In this document: positions 13,770 through 28,469 of the stretch, in pieces
Position numbering within the stretch: the first letter of the stretch is position 1
Layout of the letters: the number at the start of each line of letters is the position of its first letter
Assembly (NCBI RefSeq): GCF_006345805.1
Contig: NC_043011.1
Coordinates: 44,218,464-44,282,463, forward strand
Direction of reading: 5' to 3'
Length of the DNA stretch: 64,000 nucleotides
From: Octopus sinensis
Taxonomy: Eukaryota
Program-made: the position numbers and the translations under genes
Notes under the pieces: generated by a model
Database searches by the model: none
What the model saw: the letters and a program-made list of their open reading frames with translations, nothing else
What the model was told of the DNA's origin: nothing

Positions 13770-14235
13770 ATGTATGTGATATCATCCTGATCATCATAGG
13801 TTCAATTCTTATACATGTTGCATACACATTCATGCATTGTTTCATTTGCTTATTTTCTGGGGTTTTTTTTCAATTTTTTCCTTTTTTTTTTTGTAAAATT
13901 TTCGTTTTGTGTGTGTGTGTGTGGTTGCGATTTCAAGGGCCTCAATTTTTTGTTTTCTACCTGTTTTTTTTTTTTTGCATTGTCACAGACAGGTGATCCC
14001 CCACCCCCCCATTTTCTCCCTACTTCTACCACTTCTATGCATTTTCTTCCTTTACCCGCGTCTGTCTTTCTTGCTGCAAAACACATGTAGCGGAGGCAAT
14101 ATATATATATATAGACACACACACATACATTCACATATATACATATATGTGTGTATATATGTGTATACACACACATATATATATACATATATACATGTAT
14201 GTGTGTGTATATATATGTATATATACTCACACACA

Positions 14236-14287
<52 letters not shown>

Positions 14288-14509
14288 CTTATATATGCAT
14301 ATATATATGCACACACAAACACTCATACATATATGATATATTATATATATGTATGTGTGTTTGCATGTATGTATACACATATACACACCCGCATGTTGTG
14401 GACTGACTGTGGAGGTGTGACAGCAACAGCAGAGCATTAACTAGCTGCTGCTGTCGCTGCTGCTGCAGCTACTACTACTGCTGCTGCTGCTGCTGCTACT
14501 AATCGTTAC

Positions 14510-14517
14510 ATGAACAT
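14510..14517 (+). CDS. Candidate coding end of an alternative first exon: ATG AAC AT|gtaagt
   Basis: Perfect GTAAGT donor at 14518-14523, phase 2, in frame with exon 29537 (MNI-LLENQ...); in-frame TAA upstream at 14438-14440. Confidence 0.45.
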
Positions 14518-14584
14518 GTAAGTATTGGGAATTCTACTCTACCAAGCGGTCCTCACCCTCTCCTTTCTCTCCCTCTCTTTCTCT

Positions 14585-14617
<33 letters not shown>

Positions 14618-14804
14618 ATTCCCTTGCCTTTTACCAGACTCTTCTCCAGTCTTGTTCAGTCTCTCTGTCTGACACAAACCGATTCTTTTGTGTGCAAAAT
14701 GGGCAACCACTACCTCGACCCTAGATTTACTAAAACCTCTTATTAAGCCACGCATTCCATAAATCACACACACACACACACACACGCATACACATACACA
14801 CTCT

Positions 14805-14838
<34 letters not shown>

Positions 14839-14991
14839 CTTCTATATATATATATATACAACTATATATATACACACATATATATATATAAATATACACC
14901 CTATTCATATACGTGAGTAGTCTTGTATTCCTTTACTGTTGATGTTGTTCTTGTCCATTTCTTCTCATCATCATCATCATCATTATTATTG

Positions 14992-15022
<31 letters not shown>

Positions 15023-15656
15023 TGTTGTTCTCTGCCCATTTTTACCTATGTAAACCCCCTCACCTTCGTGTGCAACGTTTTGCCTTTTGATGTTGATGTA
15101 TAGTTGCCAACATCTTAGGCTCTTGTGGCCAATATAAGAACCCATTATTATTATTATTATCATTATTATTATTATTATTATTTATTATTATTATTTATTT
15201 ATTATTTTAAACATTTGATTTCTAATTTCGCTCCGTTTATCTATTTTTTTTTCATTTTTTAAAAATTTTTTCTTTCTGAAATGGTTACCAAAATGTTGCT
15301 TCCTCTCCCACAATATATTTTTATTTATTTGTTTTATTTGTTTTTATCTGTTTATTCCACCACCACCACCACCACCATCATTGTTTTAATCAAGCGTTTG
15401 TATATTTGGCAAAAATCTTTACCATCGTCTTCACCATCACCATCATCATCATCATCATCATCACCTTTTTTATCTTCATTGTAAAACCGTTACCTTCGTT
15501 AGTTTTCCTTCACCAACACCGATCATCATCGCCGCCTCCATCCTCATCATCGCCGCTGCCAACCAGCCTCATAGTATTTGTTCTCACTCTTATCATCATC
15601 ATCGTTGTTGTCGTTGTTGTTTTCATAAGCAGCAGCAGCACCGCCCCCATCACCAG

Positions 15657-15694
<38 letters not shown>

Positions 15695-16300
15695 CCACCC
15701 TCATTGTCAATCGTTGTTGTGAGTGTTGCATCTCGTCCTGTCTCATTTCAAAACTGAATCGTTTTACTAGAGAGTAAAAGACTTGGTGACTGAACTGTAT
15801 CTACAGGCACACACACACACATGCACATAACATGTAGAGACACATACACACACAAAATGCACACTCACACACACACATACTTATGCAAAATGGTGGCACA
15901 CTAACATGCTCACACATACACACACACACATGTACACACATAACATGCTCACACACTCAAAATGCACACACATCATACACACTCACATGCACAGACACAC
16001 ATTACATGTACGTATATATACATATACATAACATGCATACACACACACACACGCACACAAATATGTAGACACACATACACACAAACTGCAGACATACATA
16101 ACATGCACACACACACACACACACATAACATGCTCATACACACACACACATAACATGCACACACCACACTGATACAAAACGCAGACACACACACATATAT
16201 ACCTATATACATATAACATGCACATAGACACACATGCAACATACACACTCGCATGCACAGACACACATAACATGTACATATATACATAGCATGCATACAT

Positions 16301-16336
<36 letters not shown>

Positions 16337-18070
16337 TTAAAATATTCATCATCATCATCATCTTAAGAACATAGTCATATATTAAATTTACATTTATAAA
16401 CATGTACATATACACATCACAAAGACATTTTTTTCTGAATATATACACACACATGTATGACTGTTGTGTGTGTGTGTGATATTTTGTTGGAGAAGACCCA
16501 CCCATCACTTGTGAGCTTGGAAGACTAGACCTAAAATGATGACAATGATGGTGGTGATGATGATGATGATGATATTGGTGATAGTAGTGATGATGATGTA
16601 TATTCATTTTTTTTTTTTTTCCAAGTCAATGTTTCATTCTGTTGCTACTCCGAGTTTCATTTTTCCATCATGTTCTTTTCCTACGTGTGTGTGTGTGTGT
16701 GGGGGGGCTAATATAATGTTAAAATGTCGGTTTGTTTGGATTATGCATGTAATAATGTTGCGTATAATACTGAACTATTAGCTTTGTTTTCTTGGAAGAT
16801 TTATGCACAGACATGCACACACACACACAAACACACCAGCATATAGGTATGTGCATGCACGTGTGTGTGTCTAAATATGTGTGTGTGTGTGTGTGTATGT
16901 ATGTATATATATATATATATAATTAATAATAATAATATTAGGGAGTAAATCCAAACTTACAGGGAAAAATTAGATTTAGGATTAAATCTAATTTTATAGT
17001 ATAAATATATATATAGTGGTTTTATCTCTAATTTAATATATATATATATATATATCTTATCTTTTACATGTTTCAGTCATTGGCCTGTGGCCATGCTAGA
17101 GCACCACTTTGTAGAGTTTAGTTGCACGAATTGAACCTAGTACATATCTTTTGGCCTCGGTACTTATTCTACCGGTTTCATTTATTGAAGCAACACCAAT
17201 TGCGAAGCATTGCGTATGGGACAAGCACAAAGACACACATACACGCACAAACATACATGTATGTGCATGCATGCCTGCGCGCGCGCGTGTGTGTGTGTGT
17301 GTGTGTGTGTGTGTTGTTGTTAGCAAGGGCATCCAGCCGTAGAAACCATGCCAAAGCAGGCCTCAAATCTTGGTGCTGTCTTCTATATTTCCAATTCCTG
17401 TCAAAACTGCCAACCCATGCCATCATGGGAAACCGGCATTACATGATGGTGATGATGATGATGATAACAACAGGCTATCAAATCCACTCACAACATTTGG
17501 CTTGACCTGCGTCTTATAGTAGAAGAAACTTGCCCAAGGTGCCGTACAGTAGGACTGAACCCAAGAATACATGGTTCTTCATCACACACATGTACTCAAA
17601 CACATTGTGTGCACACACACACACACACACACATAAATATAAATATATATATATAGGTGGCTCAGTGGTCAGAGCATCGGGATCGCAGTTATTTGGTAGT
17701 GAGTTCAATTTCCAGGCCAGGCAGTGTGTTGTGTTCTTAAGCAACATTCTTTATTTCATGTTGCTCCTGTTCATTCATCTGTAGAAATGAGTTGTGACAT
17801 CTCAGGTGCCAAGCTGTATTGGCCTTTGCCATACCCTTCGATAACATCGTTGATGTGGAGAGTGTGGGCTGGTATGCATGGATGACTGCTGGTCTTCCAT
17901 AAAACAACCTAGCAATTAAGTACCAGTGCTCAACTGGTACTTAATTTCTCAACCCCGAAAGGATGAAAGACAAAGTCAACATTGGCGGAATTTAAACTCA
18001 AACATAAAGATGAACAGAATACCACTAAGCATTTTGCCCAGCATGCTAAGGATTCTGCTGGCTTGCTGCC

Positions 18071-18107
<37 letters not shown>

Positions 18108-19107
18108 CAACAACAAAAGCACTCAGAGAATGCAAACCTCCACCAAGGCAATACCAACTTCCTCTCAATGATTAGCCAGAGAGGATTTTTAAAATGATAA
18201 TATCTGAAATAAACTCGACTGCTCTCAAAAACGAGAATACTAAATATGAACCCGGCCACTCTAAAAATTAAGTAAAAATAACAGGAAAAAATAATCCAGA
18301 ATCCTTGTCCAATACCGAATCGATCCCAAAATCTAAATCAGTTCATGCCATTCATGAAGCCAAACATCCCTGAAGGTTTCATTTGAATCCATCCAGTGGT
18401 TCTTGAGATATCTTGTCCACAGACAAACACCCAAAACAAACACAACTGAAAACAATACCTCCGCCTTCGCTAAGGCAGAGGTAATAGTAATAATGAGCAT
18501 TGCAGATTTTGATGGGTAGGGGAAGTTGATTACATCAACACTAGTATGTATCTGATACTTATTTCATTGATACCGAAAGGTAAAGTCTACCTTGGTGGAG
18601 TTTCATTATGATTAAACACCACATGGTATTTAGTCCCCATCTCCACTATAAAGATGATTAACGTGGACTTCTTTGTTGCGTATAAAGTGGTTTAGGTCTC
18701 TCCTTGAACAAGACACATAGCTCTTCATGTCTACAGTCTTCTAACACTGGATTGAGACAGTTAAGTGATGGGTTGAACACCTTGGCCCATTTAGTTACCT
18801 CGCTTTACATTCCAGGTTCAAATCCTGCTCAAGCCAGCTTTATTTTTCAGTGTTCTGAGATCAGTAAAATAAGTCTCACACAGACACACACCTATATATA
18901 AAGTTGGTGACCTCACTAGTGTTAGTGCCATGAAAAAAGCAACTTGTACATTCTTCTGAGTGGTTAGCATTAGGAACCAGCTGTAGAAAGCATGCCAAAG
19001 AAGATGATATTGGAACTCAGTGCAGTTCTCTGACCTGTCACTTCCTGTCAAACTCTGTAACTCATGTCAGCATGGAAGACGGAAGTTAAATGATGGTGAT
19101 GATGATG

Positions 19108-19138
<31 letters not shown>

Positions 19139-19947
19139 ATAAATGTAGGTGGTATACGAGTGGGTATATATTTATGAAAAAGAAGTTTGAAAATGCCACT
19201 ATATAAGATAAATTTAAATTTTCTTAGAAATTTAACATGTTTCGGTTCTTCTTGAAAAACGAACCCTATCAAAAATATTTTAAAAAGTCAAGTGTAATAA
19301 AAAAGTTCATAATTGTTTCTTACTAGTCTCAACAGAATCCATGTGGTGGTTTTTTGTGGGGGAGAGCATAATAGCTGTCTTGTGTGTTGACTAAAGTCCC
19401 CAACTTTAGTCAACACACAAGCATTGGTTGTCAAGTGATGCTGGGGGGACAAACACAGACACACAAACATATATATATACGACGGGCTTCTTTCAGTTTC
19501 CGTCTACCAAATCCACTCACAAGGCTTTGGTCAGCCCGAGGCTATAGTAGAAGACACTTGCCCAAGGTGGCATGCAGTGAGACTGAATCCAGAACCATGT
19601 GGTTGGTAAGGAAGCTACTTACCACACAGCCACTCCTACGCCTATTATGTATTTATACATGCATATTTGGAGCACACACACATACATGAAAATTGGTACA
19701 AACATGGCGAAGGAAAGAGTACTCAGATAGAAGAGTTAAAGTAAAATGCAATTTTATTGGGGCTGAGGGAACTTCACAAGCATAACCATCCATGACAGCT
19801 GTGGGAATATATCTATCTTTCTATCCATATGTGTGTGTAAGTGTGCACATGTGTACACACTCCAAATCTTCTTGAGCGCATGCACGCGTGTACACATTTT
19901 AAATTTTCTTGCATCAATATAATATATATGAATGTAAGTGTGCATGT

Positions 19948-19988
<41 letters not shown>

Positions 19989-21089
19989 TTTATTTATGTA
20001 TGTATATTGTGGAAGCGCGTGGCTTAGTGGTTAGGGTGTCAGCACCATGATCGCAAGATTGTGGTTTCGATTCCTAGACCGGGTGACGCGTTGTGTTCTT
20101 GAGCAAAACACTTCATTGCACATTGCTCCAGTTCACTCAGCTGGCAAAAATGAGTAACACTGCGATGGACTGGCATCCAGTCCAGCTAGGGAACACATAC
20201 GCCATAGAAACTGGGAAACCAGGCTCATGAGCCTGGCTAGGCTTGAAAAGGGCGCGTTTATTTATTTTTATGTATGTATTATATATATTAATGCGTGTTT
20301 GTATTTATACACACACACACACAAGCACACATGTGAATTGTTCCGTACTTGTTGTACTTCTAATATTTATTTACACAGATACACTATAATTTCTGAAAAC
20401 GTAAGAGATTTATATAGAAATATCATGAAGTAAGTATCTTAGTTTTGCCTGTTGTAAGAAAGGTAAATCTATCCCCCCCTCCACCCGCTCTCACTTGTCT
20501 ACACACGCAGGTGAAGATGAATGCCACAACATCACCATAATTTATTATCAGGTTTTATACTGTTTATTGTTATCATTGTCACTATAGCAGAGCATTGAGT
20601 GGGGGCATTGTAGAATCAGTAGAGCACCAAGGTAGTGGCTGGTAGCAAATGGGATATCAGAGATGGGGGATGAAAAAGGGATGATGGATTGTTGAAATTA
20701 CTTTTAGGTTTACTGATTTCAGCTAGACGTTGTGGCCATACTGGAGCACTGCCCTTAGTGCAATTATTTTATATTCCACACTCACTTCCCGGCTCTCTTT
20801 CTATCTCTCCTTCACTCTGGAACTCTTTCTGGTGAAATTACAAGTTGGACGGAGTGAAGCTGCCTACAGGTAAAGCTGTGCATTAGTGATGCACTGGTCT
20901 CAGTTTGGTGTGGTATCTAGGTTACATTCCCTTGACTTTTTCATGTTCAAATCCCACCAAAGTTTGCTTTACCTTTTATCCCCCTAAGTTCTATACATTA
21001 AAGGATCGCTCAAGAATTGTTGTCAATAAAAACAACTCCACTCCTCAAAATTCTGTGCTTGTGCCTAAATTTATTATTATTATTATTAT

Positions 21090-21318
21090 TAAGGTGGTAA
21101 GCTGGCAGAATTGTTAGCACACCAGGCGAAATGCTTAGCGGTATTTCATCTGCCACTTTGTTCTGAGTTCAAATTCCACTGAGTTCAGCCTTGCCTTTCA
21201 TCCTTTCAGGGACAATAAAACAAATACCAGTTGTACACTGGGGTTGATGTAATTGACTCATCCCCACCTCCCCTTCAAGCTGCTCTTGTGGCAAAAATTT
21301 TAAATAATAATAATTACA

Positions 21319-21362
<44 letters not shown>

Positions 21363-21830
21363 GGCAGTATTGCTAGCATGCTAGGCAGAATGCTTAGTGG
21401 TCTTTCCTCTGTCTTTATGTTCTGAGTTCAAATTCCACCAAGTCAATTTTGTCATTCATCCTTTTGTGGGGTGTTGGGGGTCAATAAAATACATACCAGT
21501 TAAGTGCTGGGTTTATGTAATCAACTTACCCCCTTACCCCAAATTACTGGCCTTGGACCAAATTTGAAATCAGTATTATTATTATTATTATTATTATTAT
21601 ATAAAGGCAGCAAGCTGGCAGAATTATTAGTACGCCGGGCAAAATGCTCAGTGGCATTTCTCCCCATCTTTACATTGTGAGTTCAAATTCCACTGAGGGA
21701 AACTTTCATCCTTTTGGGGTCGATAAAATAAGTACCTACTAAACACCGGGGTCAATGTAATCGACTAGTCCCTTCCCCCAAAATTTCTGGCTTTGTGCCT
21801 TTAGTAGAATGGATTATTATTATGTATTTA
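21090..21830 (+). mobile_element. Tandem array of three family A SINE copies separated by (ATT)n
   Basis: Repeated gttcaaattccac...catccttt...gtaatc units at about 21090, 21362 and 21605. Confidence 0.8.
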
Positions 21831-22316
21831 TTAAGGGAGTCAAAATCATTGTCCCTTTTTCAGTGAGGCTAGGGGTGAGAGTTAAGGGTGGTGGACTAAA
21901 GCAATGAAACTGAAACTTTTGTGGTTTGTGAAGATGTGGCCCTCACCCAGAAATTGAGTCTCTGGCTTGGCAAACCCAGCTTAACTGCAACTTAGCTCTT
22001 CCTCTACTGCAATTCCAGTCCCCCTTTGCTGTGTCCCTTCTGTCAACAACTTCCATTTAGTGGATCCCCTATGCTGTTGCTTGACCTGCGAGGTGTTGTA
22101 GAAACAATATCAAATATTACTGTCTTAAACGAAAAAGGAAGGACCTATTAAATAATTCGTCGTGATGGTCATGGATGGAACACTGTTTTATTGTAGGTTT
22201 GTTGAATGAGGTCTTACCTGGGGTGATACAGGTGCACCAAAATTGATGTAGCAATATACATGTTAGGACTTTCAGTGGATCAAAGGAGAATTTTTAGGAT
22301 CTTTTATCTGTTTTCT

Positions 22317-22544
22317 TTAGCTCTTTAGCATTCAAATAGTCTATCAAATATAATGTTTATTTTATTCATATTGTAATGAATTGCTCATGCATTATCTGGT
22401 AGCTTTGAAATTTCAATAATGTGGATGTTTATTTTTAGAACGACATTGTAAGGTAGGTGTGAGAAGCTGGATCTATCCAGTTTGAACTTAAAACAGGTAG
22501 ACTATTTGGGCCTGCCATGACTTGTTTAAGTGCTGATAGGTTAA
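22317..22544. mobile_element. piggyBac-type MITE (degenerate)
   Basis: ttag-ctctttagcatt...tgctgataggttaa ends; related inverted copy at 36557-36730 with TTAA-CCCT start. Confidence 0.6.
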
Positions 22545-23529
22545 TCAGTCAGTGAAGGAGTGAAGTAAACTAGAATGATCTTTGGTAGCCTGGCAGAGTA
22601 CCAAGACTTCAGGTGTAACAAATATACAGGAGTATATATATATATATCACGTGATCACATGACCGACCAGGCTATCAGATGTTGCTACACATCGCTGGTC
22701 ACAATGCGCTTCGCATTGTTTTAGCCTTCAAATGATGCCACCCCACTGACTAAGCGAGCAGGCCATATATATATATCTGTTGGTACAGTGAGATCTCTGG
22801 TTGACTGAGTAAGTACCAAGACTTCAGGTGGGATTAATGTACATGTAGGTATAGTGGAATCTCTGGTAGACTGAGAGACTATCAGGACTTCATATATCTT
22901 AGGTATCCAGGAGTAATTAGCAGCAGGTGTTGTTATGAAATGAATTCTTTGAACCTCTTAGATGACACGCAAAATGTATTTGATAGATTCTGTTAGCAAG
23001 TTGATGCAATTAGTTTGATCTGATTAGTGCTGGAAATTGTAACCAGAGTATATATATATCACACTTATGCACACCTCACATATAAACATCATCTTCAACA
23101 TTTGTTATTTAGATTTTTTAAGAAGTTTAAAATTTCACTGTATTCCTATGGTGGGTACAGTACACTAGCAGGGTAAAGGGTAAAGATCCCTCTCTGCCAT
23201 GAATGACCATGGGATCGCACCTAGAAAGTTCCCCTCCATGACACAAGTTCAGGCAAAGTTGTTTTGTGGAAGACCAGCAGTCGCCCATGCATATCAGCCT
23301 CCCCTCTCCATGCTACCGATGTTATCCAAAGGAAAGGCAAAGGCCAATACAGCTTGGCACCGGTGACATCACGACTCATTTCTACAGCTGAGTGAACTGG
23401 AGCAACGTGAAATAAAGTGTCTTGCTCAAGAACACAATGCACAGCCCAATCCAGGAATTGAACTCACTACTTCATGACTGTGAGCCCGATACTCTAACCA
23501 CTGAGCTATGCACCTTCACAGTATGCTCT

Positions 23530-23948
23530 TTTTCTCTTTTATTTGTTTCAGTCATTTGGCTGTAGCCATGCCGGAGCACTGCCTTTAGTCAAGCAAATCG
23601 ACCCCAGGACTTATTCTTTGTAAGCCTAGTACTTATTGTATCGGTGTCTTTTGCCGAACTGCTAAGTTACGGGGATGTAAACACACCAGCATCGGTTGTC
23701 AAGCGATGTTGGGGGACAAACGCAGATACACAAACATATACACACACATACATACATATATATAAATATATATATATACACATATATATGACAGGCTTCT
23801 TTCAGTTTCCGTCTACCAAATCCACTCACAAGGCTGTGGTCAGCCCGAGGCTATAGTAGAAGACACTTGCCCAAGGTGCCATGTGGTGGGACTGAACCCG
23901 GAATCATGTGGTTGGTATGCAAGCTCCTTACCACACAGCCACTCCTGC
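23530..23948 (-). mobile_element. tRNA-derived SINE (family C, with internal microsatellite)
   Basis: gcaggagtggctgtgtggtaag...ggttcagtcccac head; copies at 19400-19642, 26900-27255, 39765-40150, 59013-59570. Confidence 0.8.
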
Positions 23949-25332
23949 TAGCAACCATCCATGTATTTCTTCTCTGAGGTCCAGAACCTTGACCCTAACT
24001 CACCTCCCACCTATTCCTCTGCTCTCCTTCTTCAACAGTTACTGTTCCATCCACATCCTTTCACATCTTCACCCAACTGTAACCATTCATTTACATCACA
24101 AACCCATGGCACATCAATCATCTCGCCTGCTGCACAAATGGGCTCATATCTTTAAAATACTCGACCTTTTCCCCCAGTTCACACCTTTAGTACTCTGCGT
24201 CCTGTCCTTCATTAGATCTCTTTGATGATAATCACTTCTGAAGGCAGTGAGTTTGCAGAGTCGTTAGCGGTGTTTCATTCGTCATTATGGTCTGAGTTCT
24301 CCTGCTGCTGAGGTCATCTTTGGCCTTCTTCCTTTCGGGCCAATAAAATAAGTACCAATGAAGGACTGAGATCGATGTAATCAACTTGCTCCCTCTCTTG
24401 ACCTTGCAGGGCTTTGTGCCAAAATTTGAAACCAATAGCCAATCGCTCCTTCAGTCCAAACTTTTAATACTCAGTCCCTCCCTTAGCATATATCTTTAAT
24501 AGTCAGCTCTTCCCTCAGTCCAGACCTCTGATACTCATCCTCCTTCCCTCCCACTCTTTCAGTGCACTTACGTTTCTCACACAAACCACTATGGGTTGAC
24601 CATTACCTGACCAACAGCCCTTTAATTTGACTCCTTTCTCTCCAACCTCTTCCACTCCCTAACATATACTTAAAGGTCCATGCCTTACTCATTTCCAATA
24701 TTACATTACTGTGTTCCTTTACCCAAGTCATATTGTTAGAGAATTTAGGTTCCATGCTGCCAACACACTCTCTCACGTGGTCTTGAAGTGTTTTGCCCTA
24801 GGTCAGTCCTAATCCTGATCAAACAAATCTAAGGTATTCCAGCAACCATCACACCGTCCCATTTTTCATATTTTTAGCAAGACCTCATCCAGCAGGACTG
24901 CGTTATCTAATTTGTCCTTCTTTATTTTTTAAGACAGTATGATATGATTTGAAGGAGTTTAGCTGCTGTTTCTAATAAGCCAGGCAACCATTTAATTTAA
25001 TGTAGGACAGGTTACCACCATTACATGATATTCTTCCCTGCTATATTAAACATAAGTTGCATTGTATTTTTAATTCAGATAAATATATTTGTGAATATTT
25101 TCTGACTTACCTTTCTTATTAATTAATTAATTAATTAATTAATTATCTAATTATTGTTAATTCAGTTAATGAATTTCTACAATTTCTTTTAAAGTTACTT
25201 TCATTTTTTATTTGTTTGTTACTTTTTTGAAAGTTTTATATCTCTGTGAAAACTCTAGAATTTCACCAAGATTGGCACCTACAGGGAAACACATCAACCT
25301 ACACACAAATACACATGCATACGCACATGCGT

Positions 25333-25366
<34 letters not shown>

Positions 25367-26149
25367 GACTGGCTGTGGCCAGCCCGGGGCTATAGTAGAA
25401 GACAATTGCCAAGGTGCCTTGCAGAGGAACTGAATTTAAAATTATGTGGTTGGAGAGTAAACAGCTTCATGAAAGAGCCATGCTTGGCCTGTATACATGT
25501 GTCTGTGTGTGTGTGTGTGTGTGTAATAATAATAATAATGATAATGAGGATCAAAGACGGTGAGCTGGCAGAATCGTTAGCATGCTGGGCGAAATGCTTA
25601 GTAGTATTTTGTCTGTTGCTACATTCCGAGTTCAATTTCTGCCAAGATTGACTTTGCCTTTCATCCTACTAAAGAAGTACCAGTGGAACACCGGGGTCGA
25701 TGTAATCGGCTTAACCCCTTTCTACTATAGAAACAAGGTCTGAAATTTTGAGGGAGGGGACTAGTCAATTACATCAACCCCAGTGTTTCACTGGAACTTA
25801 ATTTATCAACTCTGAAAGGATGAAAGGCAAAGTCAACCTCGGTGGAATTTGAACTCAGAACGTAAGATGAACGAAATGCTGCTGAACATATTTCCTGGCA
25901 TGCTGACGATTCTGCCAGCTTGCCACCTCAGTGATAATAATAAAGGCAGAAGAATGGATTATATGGTCTTGCTACAATGCTTAATCATGATATCCCTTCA
26001 TTGATAAACACTTCACCTATGGAACAGATTGTTTATCTGTTGATTTGTATTATACTGTCTAACCATCAAGTATGGTTTGCTATGTCTCATTCTTTAAATA
26101 GATCCCCTTCAATTTAATGTGTGTGTGTATTATATATATATAGCAAAAA

Positions 26150-26187
26150 CTGTCTGATGAACGGCAACGAGAAACTCAGAGTAACAG
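26150..26187 (+). ncRNA. Minimal type I hammerhead ribozyme-like motif (Penelope-type)
   Basis: ctgt-CTGATGA-acggcaacga-GAAA-ctcagag-TA-acag: core, palindromic stem III, GUA triplet, stem I ctgt/acag; stem II closing pair imperfect. Confidence 0.55.
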
Positions 26188-26291
26188 ATTTTGTTGAATT
26201 TTCTGCTGCTTAAAAGAAAGCATATTACTCTACCACTGGTATTTGAGTACTCTTTTTTCCACCTTGTTTCACATTTATGTGTTTACTCTGG

Positions 26292-26327
<36 letters not shown>

Positions 26328-26334
26328 ATATGTA

Positions 26335-26391
<57 letters not shown>

Positions 26392-26396
26392 GTGTG

Positions 26397-26444
<48 letters not shown>

Positions 26445-26477
26445 GTGTGTATATATAATATATATATATATATGTAT

Positions 26478-26551
<74 letters not shown>

Positions 26552-26652
26552 GTATGTATGTGTGTGTATATATATATATATATGTATGTGTGTGTATATA
26601 TATATATATATGTATGTGTGTGTATATATATATATAGATGTATGTATGTGTG

Positions 26653-26684
<32 letters not shown>

Positions 26685-26710
26685 ATATATATATATATAT
26701 ATAGTATGTA

Positions 26711-26761
<51 letters not shown>

Positions 26762-26776
26762 ATATATATATATGTA

Positions 26777-26809
<33 letters not shown>

Positions 26810-26868
26810 GTATTGTGTGTATATATATATATAATATATATATATATGTATGGTGTGTATATATATAT

Positions 26869-26900
<32 letters not shown>
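26292..26900. repeat. Compound (TA)n/(TG)n microsatellite, ~600 bp
   Basis: Direct inspection. Confidence 0.95.
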
Positions 26901-28264
26901 GGTGCAGGAGTGGCTGTGTGGTAAAAGGTTTGCTTCCCAACCACATGGTTTTGGGTTCAGTCCCACTGCATGGCACCTTGGGCAGGTGTCTTTTACTATA
27001 GCCTCAGGCCAACCAAAGCCTTGTGAGTGGATTCAGTAGATGGAAACTGAAAGAAGTCCGTTGTATATATATATATTTGTGTGTGTGTTTGATAACTGAT
27101 GTTGATGTGCTTACATCCCCGTAACTTAGTGGTTTAGCAAAAGAGACTGACAGAATAAGTACTAGGCTTACAAAGGATAAGTCCTGGGGTCAATTTGTTT
27201 GACTAAAGGTGGTGCTCCAGCATGGCTGCAGTCAAATAACTGAAACGAAGAATAAAGGCATGGGTTAGTGGTTAGGGTATCTGGCTTGCGATTGTAGGGA
27301 CGTGAGTTCGATTCCCGGCGGCACATTGTGTCCTTGAGCAAGACACTTTATTTCATATTGCCCCAGTCCACTCAGCTGTAGAAAATGAGTTGTTCTTGTA
27401 TTTCAAAGGGCCATCCTTGTCACACTCTGTGTCATGCTGAGAAGTATGTGAAGGAGTATGCATATCTGTGGAGTACTCAGCCACACTTACACATGCATAT
27501 ATATATTCAAACTCACACACACACACATATATATGTATATATGTTCACACATACATCCATTCTTTGCCCTCCTTCGAGACTTGCCTTTGTACATCTGGCA
27601 AAGCAATATGTACAAACTGGTATACATTTACTCCATAGCTTTCACTTTACAACTATTTCCCTTCTTTGAATGTCAGTTTAATAATATTAATTGGGAATAT
27701 CCCTTAGACATCTGTTGTTATTTTTATATTTGATTTTGTCTTTTGTTATTTATTTTCTCTCTCCCTCTGTCTCCACACATACACATATATATATATATAT
27801 CTATATATATATATATATCTATATATATATGACTCAACAGTTCATATTTATCAACAAAACTGTTCTGTTCTCGTGTTATTTAATTAATTTATTCACTTAC
27901 CTGTTTCCATTTTATTTCAAATATATTTACTTTCATTTTTGAAATGCCCAGGGGAAGCTGCTAATTTACTCCATTGTCTTTGTTCTATCAAATTTTGATT
28001 TTATTTTATATTTACAAGTGTGTGTGAGCGTGAGTGACTCTAATTAAACATGTAGATGTGGTCTTATGTGTTACATACATACATGTTTATATTATACGTA
28101 TTTTTATAAGCATGCGTGTGCATATGCATACATATTTATGTATGTGTATGTATATATATATATATATATATAGTTGTAAGACTATTTTATTATAAATGTC
28201 CTGAAAACTCCTCACAGCCTTGGATTTGTTATCTCATTCAGTCTAATTTATATATATACATATA

Positions 28265-28469
28265 TAAATGTAATATGTGACAATTATTTGGTAGCGATGA
28301 TAAATCTCTGAGTTTCAGATGTCAGGGCGGAAATCCACGCCATCTCTTAAGTTATCCGGCCATTGGAAAAAATGTTATGGAAAATAAAAATCAGTGTGGA
28401 TTTCCACCCCGACATCCGAAACTCAGAGTTTTGTCATGGCTACCGAATAATTGTCACATATTACTTTTA
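28265..28469. repeat. Inverted repeat (~74-bp arms) with a degenerate hammerhead core on the minus strand
   Basis: 28265-28338 vs 28397-28469; GAAACTCAGAG shared with the 26150 motif. Confidence 0.8.

Noticed and set aside
20010-20090. tRNA-like sequences here and at other SINE heads
   Set aside because: They continue into SINE bodies and lack a full cloverleaf, so they are not tRNA genes
20845-20869. Possible microexon ending cag|gtaaag
   Set aside because: The first AG after the pyrimidine tract gives 25 nt (frameshift); the 15-nt version needs a poor GAG acceptor
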